Source: Octopus sinensis
Lineage: Eukaryota
Reading direction: 5' to 3'
DNA length: 64,000 nt
Assembly (NCBI RefSeq): GCF_006345805.1
Contig: NC_042999.1
Coordinates: forward strand, 66,836,001-66,900,000
Shown here piece after piece: positions 1 to 12,234 of this stretch (its first letter is position 1; each line of letters starts with the position of its first letter). The notes under the pieces are model-generated. The model did no database searches. It was not told where the DNA came from and was given only the letters and a program-made list of their open reading frames with translations. A program made the position numbers and the translations under genes.

Positions 1-584
1 TTTTTTTTTTAGATTTACTTCAAACAATATCTTTTGCCTGAATTGTTTTGTTTTATTGTCGCATCTTTCTAGTTTTGCTCTAACTGCTACTACTCCTTGT
101 TTCAATTCTTCCAATTTCTCTAAGACCGGTAGGAGGAGAGGCAAATGCTATTGCGATTATCGAGACTGAATTAAATGTTTGCTGCATATTGAAATTCCTC
201 TAACGGATTCCCACCGAAGGACAGATTAAGGTGGAAGCTTAATAAGGCAAAAGAAGGTAAAACATTTGATGATATTGACAACAGAAATTTTAATGTACAC
301 AGCATTTTAGTATTCGAGGTACTCTCGCAGGTAACTATTGCGATCACTGAGAGCTCCATGAAAATGTTATGATTGACTTAATGTTGTAAAACGGGTTAGA
401 TTAGGAAAGGCCGAAAATTCAAATGACAATAGCCAAAATACGTTCTACTTAGGATCATATGAATGAATCACTGTCATCAAGCTATAAAATGTTCATTGCG
501 ATGCAAAACACTGACTACATACTCTTGTGAATGGAAAACGACTAGAGTATGCATTAATGTTTGTTTGTGTATCTTTTCTTAGGC

Positions 585-738
585 TATATATATATATAAA
601 TATATATATATTATATATGTATATATATGTATATATATATATGTATATATATGTGTATATATATATATATATGTATATATATGTATATATATATATATGT
701 ATATATATATGTATATATATATATGTATATATATGTAT

Positions 739-805
<67 letters not shown>
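585..805. repeat. (TA)n/(TATG) microsatellite
   Basis: Direct reading; source of spurious YI-repeat ORFs. Confidence 0.95.
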
Positions 806-1209
806 GGCGCAGGAGTGGCTGTGTGGTAAGTAGCTTGCTAACCAACCACATGGTTCCGGGTTCAGTCCCACTGCGTGACATCTTGGGCAAGTGTCTTCTG
901 CTATAGCCCCGAGCTGACCAATGCCTTGTGAGTGGATTTGGTAGACGGAAACTGAAAGAAGCCTGTCGTATATATGTATATATATATAAGTGTGTGTGTA
1001 TATCTTTGTGTGTCTGTGTTTGTCCCCCTAGCATTGCTTGACAACCGATGCTGGTGTGTTTACCTCCCCGTCACTTAGCGGTCGGCAAAAGAGACCGATA
1101 GAATAAGTACTGGGCTTACAAAGAATAAGCCCCGGGGGCGATTTGCTCGATTAAAGGCGGTGCTCCAGCATGGCCGCAGTCAAATGACTGAAACAAGTAA
1201 AAGAGTAAA

Positions 1210-1212
<3 letters not shown>
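806..1212 (+). mobile_element. tRNA-derived SINE, family A (octopus OK/OR-type), full length
   Basis: Head GGCGCAGGAGTGGCTGTGTGGTAAG (A box) and GGTTCAGTCCC (B box), CORE-like CTTGGGCAAGTG, internal TA/TG microsatellite, tail GGTGCTCCAGCATGGCCGCAGTCAAATGACTGAAACAAGTAAAAGA; near-identical copy at 47832-48252. Confidence 0.9.
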
Positions 1213-1247
<35 letters not shown>

Positions 1248-1250
1248 GGA

Positions 1251-1525
1251 GGTAGAGGCACATGGCCTAGTGGTTAGAGCAGTATACTGGCGGTCGAGGG
1301 ATCGCGGTTTCGAATCTCAAACTGAGTGGTTTATGAGCGAAAGGCAGAAGGTAGCGTCGAAATTCTGCTGACTCTTTCGCCACAACTTTCTCTCACTCCT
1401 TCTTCCTGCATCTTGCAACTCACCTGCGACGGACCGGCGTCCCGTTCAGGTGGGGAACCTATACGCCAAGGAAACCAGGAAACCGGCCCTTATGAGCCAG
1501 GCGTAGCTCGAGAAGGAACAAACAA
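1251..1525 (+). mobile_element. tRNA-derived SINE, family B-related, diverged, tail type 3
   Basis: TGGCCTAGTGG A box, GGTTTCGAATC B box, body CTCTTTCGCCACAACTTTCTCTCAC, tail GCGACGGACCGGCGTCCCG...GAAACC similar to 47496 copy. Confidence 0.75.
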
Positions 1526-1614
1526 TATAATGAGAGAGAGAGAAAGAAAATACTATAGTCTGATATGATTCAAGTATATATATATATATATATATAATAT
1601 ATATATATATACGT

Positions 1615-1681
<67 letters not shown>

Positions 1682-1699
1682 TATGTACCTTTGTATGTA

Positions 1700-1960
1700 T
1701 TCCTTTATTCTTTTACTTTATTCAACCATTTGACTCTGGCCATGCTGGAGCACCGCCTTTAGTTGAAGAAATTGACTCTAGGGCTTATTCTTTGTAAACC
1801 TAGTACTCATTCTATCAGTTTTCATTTGTCGAACCGCTAACTTACGGGGACATAAACACACTAGCCTCGGTTGTCCGGCGGTAGCGGAGGAATAAACAAA
1901 GTCACACACACACACACATAAATATATGCATATATATATATAATATATATAATATATATA

Positions 1961-2041
<81 letters not shown>

Positions 2042-2073
2042 TACGATATATATATATATTATATATATATATG

Positions 2074-2108
<35 letters not shown>

Positions 2109-2220
2109 GATATATATATATATGTATATATATATATTTATATATATATATATTTATATATACATACATACATACATACATACATGCATACATACATACA
2201 TACATACATACATACATACA

Positions 2221-2254
<34 letters not shown>

Positions 2255-2436
2255 CATACATACATACATACACGATAGGCTTCTTTCAGGTTCCGTCTAC
2301 CAAATCCACGCACAAGATTTTGGTCGGGCCGAGGCTACAGTAGAGGAAATTTGCCAAAGGTGCCACACAGTGGCATTGAACCCGGCACCATGTGGTTGGG
2401 AAGCGAGCTCCTTTAAACACATCCATGTCCGCACCT
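1700..2436 (-). mobile_element. SINE family A with expanded internal (TA)n/(CATA)n tract
   Basis: Reverse-complement tail at ~1700-1905 and head at ~2272-2436 separated by ~365 bp of microsatellite. Confidence 0.8.
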
Positions 2437-3842
2437 CTGTTTGTTTCTTTGATATATATATATGAATTTTTCCCATTTGCAGAATTCATGCCGGTCACTA
2501 AGAAAATGGCAAGGCTCTTTTCTTAAGTCAAGACATCCCTTGGTCTTGTAGTTAACTTTACTGGTTGATGTGTGCATACATGTGTGTGTAAGTATGCGTG
2601 TGTGTGTGTGTGTGAATAAATTTGTACTTCTCGGTATGTGTACCACAATAGAACACAGTTGTCTGTTTAATTACTGTCTAATTATGTGCCTTTATATGTA
2701 TTCCATATGTATATATGATTGTGTGCAGATGTTTGCGGAATAAAATAAATGAATAACGGAATGAATAAACGAAAGGATATGCAGTAAATTTATACCCAAC
2801 TTAATCAATAATAATACATTATAATAAATTAGAAAAATTCCCGGGTAAATGCAATCTGAGATATTTCAAATTAATTATTAGTTCTTGTCACCATATTTCG
2901 TTTTATTTTTGTTGTCCCATATTTATTAATGTATTTGTTTACTTATTCATTTTGTTGCAATCTCCAGCTTCAAACTACTTCGACATTCATCACAAACATC
3001 TACGCAACGATTAATTATCATAAGGAATTCTTCCCTATGTCCTGAAGAAAATTGAGCAACGACGTAGAATCATTTCTTCATGTCGAAATGATGTCTTCTT
3101 CTTCTTCTTGCCGCTGTTGTTGTTGTTGTTGTTGTTGCTGTTGTTGTTGTTTTATAATTGCTAAATAAATAACTATATTATAAACTGCGCATACATTTCA
3201 TTAGAGATCTGCAGCGAATTTCATATTTGTTTATCGTTAATATTTTCATGTTTAATTTTCATATAGCTCATATTGTTTATGATTTTATTTTAAATTTAGG
3301 TGAATCCAAGGTATATCTGTATTTCTCTTGTTTAAATATTCTGTTTTTGTTTTATATAAGTATTCCATAAACAGTTTTAGAATCTAATTTAATTTGTAGC
3401 CAGAAGTGTAATAGTGTATATTAAGTATTAATTTCTTTCTTTATTGCATGTTTGTTAGCTTATTTTGATGTCATTAAAATTATTGAGCATCACGTCTATC
3501 GTTGTTCTTTGATTACCTTCAGATGATTTTTAATGAATTGATCTTCCAGTATATGATTAAAGTAATTTTTAAATTATAAAAAAAATACAGAACTAGTGAA
3601 CTACAGAGCTAGAAACCTAAAGAACTGAAGAACTTTAGAATATAGATGGTATTTGCAATAAAACGTGCTGCGTGTGTACATAATATAATTCTTTAGCTCA
3701 TTCTTCTTCCTCTATTCTAAAATACTGTTTTTCAATATTATAACAAATTTTCAAGCATGAAATTTAAAATTTCGCTTAGGAGAAATCTAATGCTACTTGA
3801 ATAAAAATTTGCGTTTAATAACGCGCCCGTAGGATTGTACGA

Positions 3843-3946
3843 CATACATACATACGCACGCACACATACATACATACATACATACATACATACATACATA
3901 CATACATACATACATACATACATACACACATACATACATACATACA

Positions 3947-3980
<34 letters not shown>

Positions 3981-3997
3981 CATACATACATACATAT
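3843..3997. repeat. (CATA)n microsatellite
   Basis: Direct reading. Confidence 0.95.
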
Positions 3998-3999
3998 AT

Positions 4000-4775
4000 T
4001 AACGCTAAGATAGTCTCCAATGCTGTGTACAGGAAGGGTCATTCTAGCAACCACATCAGACAAACGCCAGAAGTAGAAATTATCCAAGCCGATAAAAATA
4101 AGGAATAATGGCAGAGAACTCCAACAAAAATAACAAGTATAAAATATAAATGTGGAGGCGCAATGGCCCAGTGGTTAGGGCAGCGGACTCGCGGTCGTAT
4201 GATCGCGGTTTCGATTCCCAGCCCGAGCGTTGTGAGTGTTTATTGACCGAAAACACCTAAAAGCTCCACGTGGCTCCGGCAGGGTGTGGTGGTGATCTTT
4301 GCTGTACTCTTTCGCCACAACTTTCTTTCACTCTTTCTTCTGTTGGCCTGCTCGCTTAGCCAGCGGGGTGGTGTCATTTGAAGGCTAAAACAATGCGAAG
4401 CGCATTGTGACCAGCGATGTGTAGCAACATCTGATTGCCTGGTCGGTCACGGTGATCACGGTGATAAAATATAAATAACAAAACAGGGTAGCTACAATTA
4501 TTTGAACTGATGTAGAGGGTTGTTGCCTCGCATTGTAAATGTCACTTCAAAAATTGGAAATGAAAACATCAATAGAGAACCGATGAGGAACCTGCAACTT
4601 TTGTACCCGGGCAATAGATTTTTATTTCTTCGCACTGGATTACATAATAAGGGATCTGCGTAGAAACTTAGAAATGCTTGAGTTTCCCAATGAATGGAAC
4701 AGAGTGATTTGAATTCTTCTCATAAAATCGATCAAAGGAACAGTGAAAATTTGTAAAACATTTTTGGGGTTCACA
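4000..4775 (+). pseudogene. Decayed R4/Dong-type non-LTR retrotransposon, RLE endonuclease C-terminus, interrupted by a SINE
   Basis: Translates as ..KIVSNAVYRK.., ..INREPMRNLQLLYPGNRFLF.., ..ALDYIIRDLRRNLEMLEF...KSIKGTVKICKTFLGF, paralleling YGELLRDLQFLYPDYEFIF...GTIKICKTFLKF at 33240-33470. Confidence 0.7.
4152..4465 (+). mobile_element. tRNA-derived SINE, family B (Arg-like head), full length with 11-12 bp TSD
   Basis: TGGCCCAGTGG A box, GGTTTCGATTCC B box; TSD (T)AAAATATAAAT at 4140-4151 and 4465-4476. Confidence 0.9.
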
Positions 4776-5709
4776 ACCACATATACACATTAACTACATA
4801 TATACGCTCACACTAGGTTTTGCAATACATACTTGTAGACAATTATTAATTTCCATCCGTACCCTGATGAGAGACCCCTCAGAAACGCAGGCATTAAACT
4901 ATTGGCTACAAACATGGATTTCCAAACGGAAGGTACCGCTAACTGTAACAGCAGACAGTATTATTCACATTCAGCACTATTGACTATATAGAGCGTTATT
5001 CTTTTAATCTTGACTTCCTACGGAAACTTTCTGTACTGCATGAAAAGGAGCGCAATGTCATTTGTAGACAAATATTTAGGCTATCATCTTGGCTGTAATT
5101 GTAATTCCTTTTCGTTTTTGGACTAATTGTCATACGCAAAATAAAAAGAAACCTATAAATTTGTTTTTGATTTTATTGTGCTCAGTTTGTCAAATATCAA
5201 AAACCTTAAAATACTTGCGGCGCTTATTCAATTATAAAGAGTAAATTGTATTATTGATATTAAACTTAATTCTATTGTTTTTGTCACACTTTACTAAAAA
5301 AAAACCTTGGTTTTCAGAATTTTCTTTCTTGAATACCAATATTGATTAGGAATCTTTAATCTTTATTATTTTTTTGTAAATGCACAAAGCACTTCACCTC
5401 GAAAAATTTGTATTTATGGAAAGGAAATTCAAATGCTTTATAAATAATTTATATACTTATTAAATAAATAAAAATAAACATGGATATCCATATCAATTCT
5501 TAAAATAATGAAAGTAAAATATATTCAATAATGAATATATTAGTATTGTATCATCGTGTCACGTTTTGAAAGTTTTGGAACCTATTATTTCAGCAGTTAA
5601 TTAAGCAATAAAACGTAAACGTAAGTACAAAAGCAAATAAAATATATATCCGTTCATTTCAAACACAAATGAAAAATATTTAATTATAAAAATATGTCAT
5701 TTTATATTT

Positions 5710-6118
5710 TTAAACGCAGACGTTTTTTTTTTAAATCTAGAATTCAGCTGCAATGCTTCTAATTAGGTATTGATTGCCTGCTGTTCAGAATATTATACTA
5801 AGTGTTTTAAAACAACGAGCGTATTAAATTGATTTTAGGTACTAAATTAGACATTCAGTATCTCAAGATACATACTGTATGTATGTATGTATCTTAAGAT
5901 TAATATACATATCCATTCTTAAACGCAATTTTTTTTTCTTTTAATCTAGAATTCAGCTGCAATGCTTCTAACCCTAATTAGTTCTGATTGTCTGCTGTTC
6001 AAGATATAATACTAAGTGTTTTAAAACAACGAACATAATAAATTAATTTTAAGGTGCTACATTAGACATTGAATTTTTAAAATTTGCATTATCTTAAGAT
6101 TAATAAACATATTCATTA
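5710..6118. repeat. Tandem duplication, two ~205-bp units
   Basis: AATCTAGAATTCAGCTGCAATGCTTCTAA...ACTAAGTGTTTTAAAACAACGA...ATTAGACATT...ATCTTAAGATTAATA occurs twice, ~210 bp apart. Confidence 0.85.
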
Positions 6119-6289
6119 CACTTTTTTATGTAGATTCCGTTTAGTAGTTTAGAAGCTAAATACAAAAAAATTGCTGCTACACATATTTTTGTGCTTAATT
6201 AATAAATGGCTATTTACTTAATAGTTTAGAAGTTTATTGATGGAGTATACATTACATATTTATATTGCTTTAGAAATTTTACTGAACGA

Positions 6290-7110
6290 TATTGCCCTCC
6301 GCGGTAGAATATATTTTTAGAGCTTCAGAGATATGATCGCTAGATGGAAGATCCTCCGAAATTTCTTCTGGAGTTGATTAATTCATGATCTTCTGAATTA
6401 GAGTCCACATCAGTAACAACTTCACATATTTCCTACACTGCCATTGTAGGTGTCAACTTTATTAGAAATCGGCGACCGATATTCATTCTCTCCTTTGTAT
6501 GTAAAGTCTATGTTTTTACCAAGAGATTCATTTGTAATAAGTTCTAACTTCTTAACAGCAGTTTCTGCTCATGTTTTAGAACATCCATCTCTTTTAAAAG
6601 AATTCAGAATAGTCCTTTCTGAGATTTATTTCTATGAGACTACTCGCATGTGCAATACAACAGGAAGAGAAATTTATCTGGCAATTGAGGTGGCATTAGA
6701 TAAGCATTAAGGTAATTTAAATCTGATTCTTTCACGAATTTCTTTTCGATATAAACCTTTTCGATATATCACATTGTTCAATTAATAATGTAATTTTTTT
6801 TTAGCAAAAACAAGAAATGCTTCTATATTCTTTATTGTCAAATTTTTTCTGCGCCGTACAAGTTGTCAACTAACACAACATTGTTTCCCTGAAATTCTAA
6901 ATCCCACTTAAATAACATGTTGTTGTTAACAATAACTGTACTTCTCCATCCAGGATAGTAATGAAGAGGTAAACATCTGATATCCTTATGCTACCAAGGA
7001 TTTTTAATTTTTCAGCCACAAATTTATATCTATGGCATGTTCATTCTTAAACATTTAAATGCACGAGCATTATACGAATTAAATCCCTACTTTACTGTAT
7101 TGTGAAATTT
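6290..7110 (-). pseudogene. Decayed pogo/Tigger (CENP-B-like DDE) transposase
   Basis: Minus-strand reading with frameshifts/stops: G*KIKNP...KDIRCLPLHYY, WM, KWDLEF...VVLVDN(CTA), LYRKEIRERI, ISERTILNSFKR, acidic tail. Confidence 0.6.
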
Positions 7111-8023
7111 TGAGAATATTTAGCGATACATTTCTGTTCATTGTTTTAATACGCTCACCTTGTCATGGGTGTATTTATACACAGTACTTTCTCACATTTC
7201 CTCTTGTTAAACCATACTTTTATTTGGTATGAAATCTTATTTACTCATTTCTTTCCGGAACATTTGCTTTTTGACACACCAGTGATCTATTAATTAAATC
7301 ATTTTTTTTTTACAAATATTGGAAAATCAAATTTTCTATGTTGACTCAAATTGATTTGCTTTATAACATATCGTATTCTCCTATGATTTTTCTCCATCAC
7401 CGCTGATTTTTTTCTCTGTCAAAGCTGTTTTTAACCAAATACTAGCAAAATGGATGTAAATGCTTTAATGAATAGTCACAATGCGCCGGTTCATTTTGAC
7501 TGACTTACCATAACACCGCAATATATCTGTACTTCATTTATGTCGATCATCATGATGAGCCGTCGTCCTTGAAACATCATCTTGTATTCAATAGTAAAAA
7601 ATTATATAAAGCAATTTAAAATTCTGATTTCTTAATATGACATCTGTCACAGATTACACGTCAGAATCAAAGCCACTACTGATGTTCCTACTTACCATCA
7701 CTTCCGACCTTAAAAGAAGCTGATGAAGTGGAGGTGTATGGCTTTAAAAATTATTCATTAATGAATACATTTTCCTTGAAAATTTTAAGAATTATATCCG
7801 AGGAGTTCATATTAACTCCACTGATCAGCATAACACACGAATGGTGTACCTTACACCGATTAACAGAACAAACATCTTATTTCTTATAGTCACGTGCTAC
7901 AACTTAACACATCATTACTTCTACACCCGGTACGAATAAGCGAGTCCTCACGAGCAGCATCACCATCTACATCATCACGGCAAATATCACGCAATATCCT
8001 TGAACACACACGCACAACACACA

Positions 8024-8215
8024 CATACATACATACATACATACATACATACATACATACATACATGCATGCATACATATACATACATACATACATGCAT
8101 GCATACATATACATACATACATACATACATACATACATACGTACGTACATACATACGTACATACATACATACATACATACATACATACATACATACATAC
8201 ATACATACATACATA
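8024..8215. repeat. (CATA)n microsatellite
   Basis: Direct reading. Confidence 0.95.
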
Positions 8216-8533
8216 CACGCAGATTCGCACTTATGAGAAAATATTTCGACGAGATTCTTTCTCCACACGAGGAAGCCGGAAAGGGACGCGTGCACTACCG
8301 GCACCATAAACTCTTTTCAGTTTTGGAATCAGATCAGTAATTGTGAGGGAGGGGGACAAGTAGATCAAGTTAACCCCAGTACTTGACTTGTACTTTATTT
8401 CATCGACCCCAAAAGGATGAAAAGCGAGCTTAATCTCGGTGATATTTTAATTCAAGACGTAAAAGCCGAGAGAAATGTTCAAATTCCACCGAGGTCAACT
8501 TTATTTTTCATCGTTTTGGAGTCGAGGAAAAAG

Positions 8534-8772
8534 GGATCTTTTCACTGTTACCGGCAGAATTTGTATTCACCTCTATAGACGTTATTGATTGGTTGAAATT
8601 GCCGAAATGCAAGAAATTAAACAACAAATAGCTTACAAACTACAAAATTTTCTCAAGAACGCCAAGAGAAAAATATGTTTTATGTAACACATTCTACCGG
8701 TATACGAAGTTTAAAAGTGTTTAGTTACAAAGAAATTATTTTTAAAATCTGCCGGTCAAAGCGAAAAGATCC
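8534..8772. mobile_element. MITE with 25-bp TIRs and ~8-bp TSD, inserted in a family C SINE remnant (8490-8872)
   Basis: GGATCTTTTCACTGTTACCGGCAGA (8534-8558) vs TCTGCCGGTCAAAGCGAAAAGATCC (8748-8772), 22/25 complementary; flanks GGAAAAAG / GAAAAAAG; SINE body resumes either side. Confidence 0.8.
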
Positions 8773-9540
8773 GAAAAAAGTACTAGTTATACACTGGGGT
8801 TAATGTAATCGACTAGCCCCTCCCCCAAAATTTCTGCCCTCGTGCCTATAGTAGAAGGATTATTTAGTTCAAGGTTAATCCTGACTTAATGAAATCTGTT
8901 CCCGTTGTGACCATCATGTTCTTATTCAGAGTCGATGCATCTAGAAAACATTATACAATGTGGCCTTCATTTGAAAGACGATAGGCTGTAATTCGAAAGA
9001 AATTTGATTAGTATTTCTAGCATTTGGAAGGACCAGGTGGAGACTACTTAAATAGTTCCTTTCCCAAATTATGTTATCAGAACTACATTGAGTGAAATAC
9101 CCAATGGCGCCTTCTATATGTATGTTTAAGTGGGTTCTAACGTATTTAATGTAATGAACCAGGGAATTTTAATTGAAATTATATTCGTTGAGAGGAAACC
9201 GAGAGCGTAAAACGTAGATTACTTGAAACAGCAGCCAATCAAAGGTGTTTACGACAAAACTACGCATACAATTTAAAGATTATATCGGTAAAGAAGCTAG
9301 TCGAAGTTGTTTCAACATTTGTGTAATAAGTAAAACTTCATCTCGAGTAATTTGGAAACATAATAGTTAAAAATATTAGTACTCAGGGTATTACGTCAAG
9401 GCATGTATTTATTTTACAGGTGTTGCCTACAAAATAACGAAACACTTAACACTTGAATGAAAGCAATACTGAATGAATGTATATGGGAAAGATACTCGAA
9501 ACAATAAAAACGCAGTCATGTTGTTAGGGTTATTAGTATA

Positions 9541-9619
<79 letters not shown>

Positions 9620-9676
9620 AAAATGAATAAGAAGAAAAAGAAGAAGAATAGTGGCTGTTCACATTTCTTTTATTGA

Positions 9677-9768
<92 letters not shown>
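9541..9768. repeat. Two self-complementary microsatellite palindromes: (AAT)n(ATT)n and (AGT)n(ACT)n
   Basis: Centres TAATTA at 9570-9575 and AGTACT at 9722-9727. Confidence 0.9.
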
Positions 9769-9988
9769 TTTTCAGTAAAAGAAATGTGAACTGTGACTAT
9801 TATTATTATTATTATTATTAGTTGTAGTAGTAGTAGTAGCAGCAGCAGCAGCAGTACTAGTAGTATTACTTCTACTACTACTATTACTACTACTAATACA
9901 ATTACTATTACTGCTGATGCTACAACTGTTACCGCTGTTGCTGCAACTACAACTACAAATACTAATAATGACAATATTATCATTATTA

Positions 9989-10023
<35 letters not shown>

Positions 10024-10474
10024 AAATTATTATCAATATCATTATTGTCCTCATCATTATTATTATATTTTGTTCTTGACTTGGATTTTGATGTTGTTCT
10101 TATGCTGTTGCTATTATTACCGTTATTATAAATAATTTGCTTATCCATGTTAATTCTCTTGGTGTACTATTAAAAAAATATTCTTCCGAAAATATATAGC
10201 CTGTAAGAAAAATTAATAATTAGAAATATCTGTTATAACTTTAGAAAAGAAAATACTATCAGACACCAAAGAAAGAATTATAAACAAGAAACTTCAAAGC
10301 AAATCGGAAAACGAATATTATTGCATGGTTTCAGTTAACTTTGTAATCAACTGAAAAAAGAATTGTCTACGAGAAAAAGCAATTGCACTAATAAGAACGG
10401 TTACAGTAATATCATATATATATCCATATTCACCCATATTCATATATATATATATACATAATATTTATATATAT

Positions 10475-11785
10475 ATATACATAAATGTGTAATGCTGTCT
10501 GTCTGTCCGTGTGTTTTGGGGTTACTCTAACTGCTCCCACACCGTCCAACCGATGTTAATAATTTTGGGCACATTCGTAGATCACATGCCCTGAAGTTCA
10601 TATAAGGCCGGAAATTTTTGAAAACTCGATAATCCTCAGTTGGCATCGCTTTTTGTGAGTTCAATCGAGCATTTGAATTGTAATTCCCATAACGATGTTA
10701 TTTTTCCTGCAGCTTTTGCAATTTTTGTCCGATTTTGATGAAAATCGATTATGGCAGTAAGTTGATGTCAGTATATGGCGTTGGCAAAAATCTATAATTG
10801 CGCCTGAGCAGTGCTTTTATAAAATCAATAGGGTATTTGCGTGCAAATACTCATAGGGATTATATTTTTGCCGTAACTTTTATATTTTTATCGGATTTTA
10901 ATGAAATTTGAGACGTAGGTAAATTTTGTGGTGGGGGAAGGGGTAAATGTGTTTATTTAATTCAAAATGACTTGAGAAGGGCACAAGTGCAAATAAGCAT
11001 TTCCTTAGAGACATTCTTATTGATTTTGTAGAAATTTTACACATGATTACAGTTCATGTTCATAAGTTGATGCCAGCATAAAGAGTTGACAAAAAATTAA
11101 TAATTGCGCGTGAGCGAGGGATTTTAAGAAATCAATAGGCTTTTTGTATGCAATTACCCATAGGATTAATATTTTATGCTGTAACATTTACAGAATTTAT
11201 CCAATTTTGATGAAATTTGACATTTATGTAAAGTTTTGTGGTTGGAGTCATGTAGTAGAATAAAAATTAAAGTGGTGAAAGGCAGAAATCGTCAAAATTC
11301 ACTCACAATAAAATAATGTACTTATTTTGAAGAAAATTGACCGATGAGTAAAATGAAGCACTTCGACATATGAAACATCGATTATTCATATAATGTATTG
11401 GGATTTAAAAATCAATGGGATATTTTCATGTAAATGGTGACATGGATTCTATTTTATGACATACTCTTAACACTTTTCTTGAGATTTTGCTGAGATGGAT
11501 CACGCTGATCAATTTTGTACAGAGGGTGGCACTAAGTGGAGAGAAATACACAAACATCGCTCTCAACCGGTCGAGGTACACCTAAAAGTTTGACTGCGTT
11601 TTCAGACGTTCCAGTATCTTGGAGTATGTCGAAAGCGTTAACCAGGTAAAATCCCTGCCGAACCAGATATAACATCTCAATGGGTAATAGTTGACACGGG
11701 GAACGTAGAAGATTTCAATTCCAGTTCAGAGGTAGGCTTAACTTCAACACGGAAAACACGAGCAACGCCAGGTCCAACAGCTAGT
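10475..11785 (+). mobile_element. Non-autonomous Helitron-like element, copy 1 (~1.3 kb)
   Basis: 5' ATACATAAATGTGTAATG followed by (CTGT)n; recurrent CCGATTTTGATGAAA motifs; ~306-bp-offset internal repeat (10795-10935 vs 11101-11245); 3' end GCAACGCCAGGTCCAACAGCTAG|T (CTRR|T). Confidence 0.7.
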
Positions 11786-12153
11786 ATATACATAAATGTG
11801 TAATGATATCTGACTGTGTGTGTGTTTGTGGCTACTCTAACTCCTCCCACACCGTCCAACCGATTTTAATGAATTTTGGCACATATGTAGATCACATGCC
11901 CTGAAGTTCAAATAAGGCCGGGATTTTTCAAAAACTCGATAATCCTCGGTTGGCATCGACTTTTGTGAGCTCAATGTGAATGGAAATTCACATAACGATG
12001 TTATTTTTCCTGCAAGTTTTGCATTTTTTGACTTGTAAAATTTTAAGAAAATCGAAAGAATAGTCTCTAAGGAAATGCTTATTCAATACAAGGTCAGTGA
12101 TGGGCTTAACTTCAACACGGAAAACATGAGTAACGCCGGGTCCAACAGCTAGT
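11786..12153 (+). mobile_element. Helitron-like element, copy 2 (internally deleted), head-to-tail with copy 1
   Basis: Starts immediately after CTAGT with the same 5' sequence and ends TAACGCCGGGTCCAACAGCTAGT. Confidence 0.7.
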
Positions 12154-12161
12154 AAGTATAT

Positions 12162-12204
<43 letters not shown>

Positions 12205-12234
12205 TATATATATAGACGAATACATATAGACGAA

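Noticed and set aside
60-360. Exon-like unique sequence, including ORF 171-359
   Set aside because: Several short open frames on both strands, none recognisable and no consistent splice pair.
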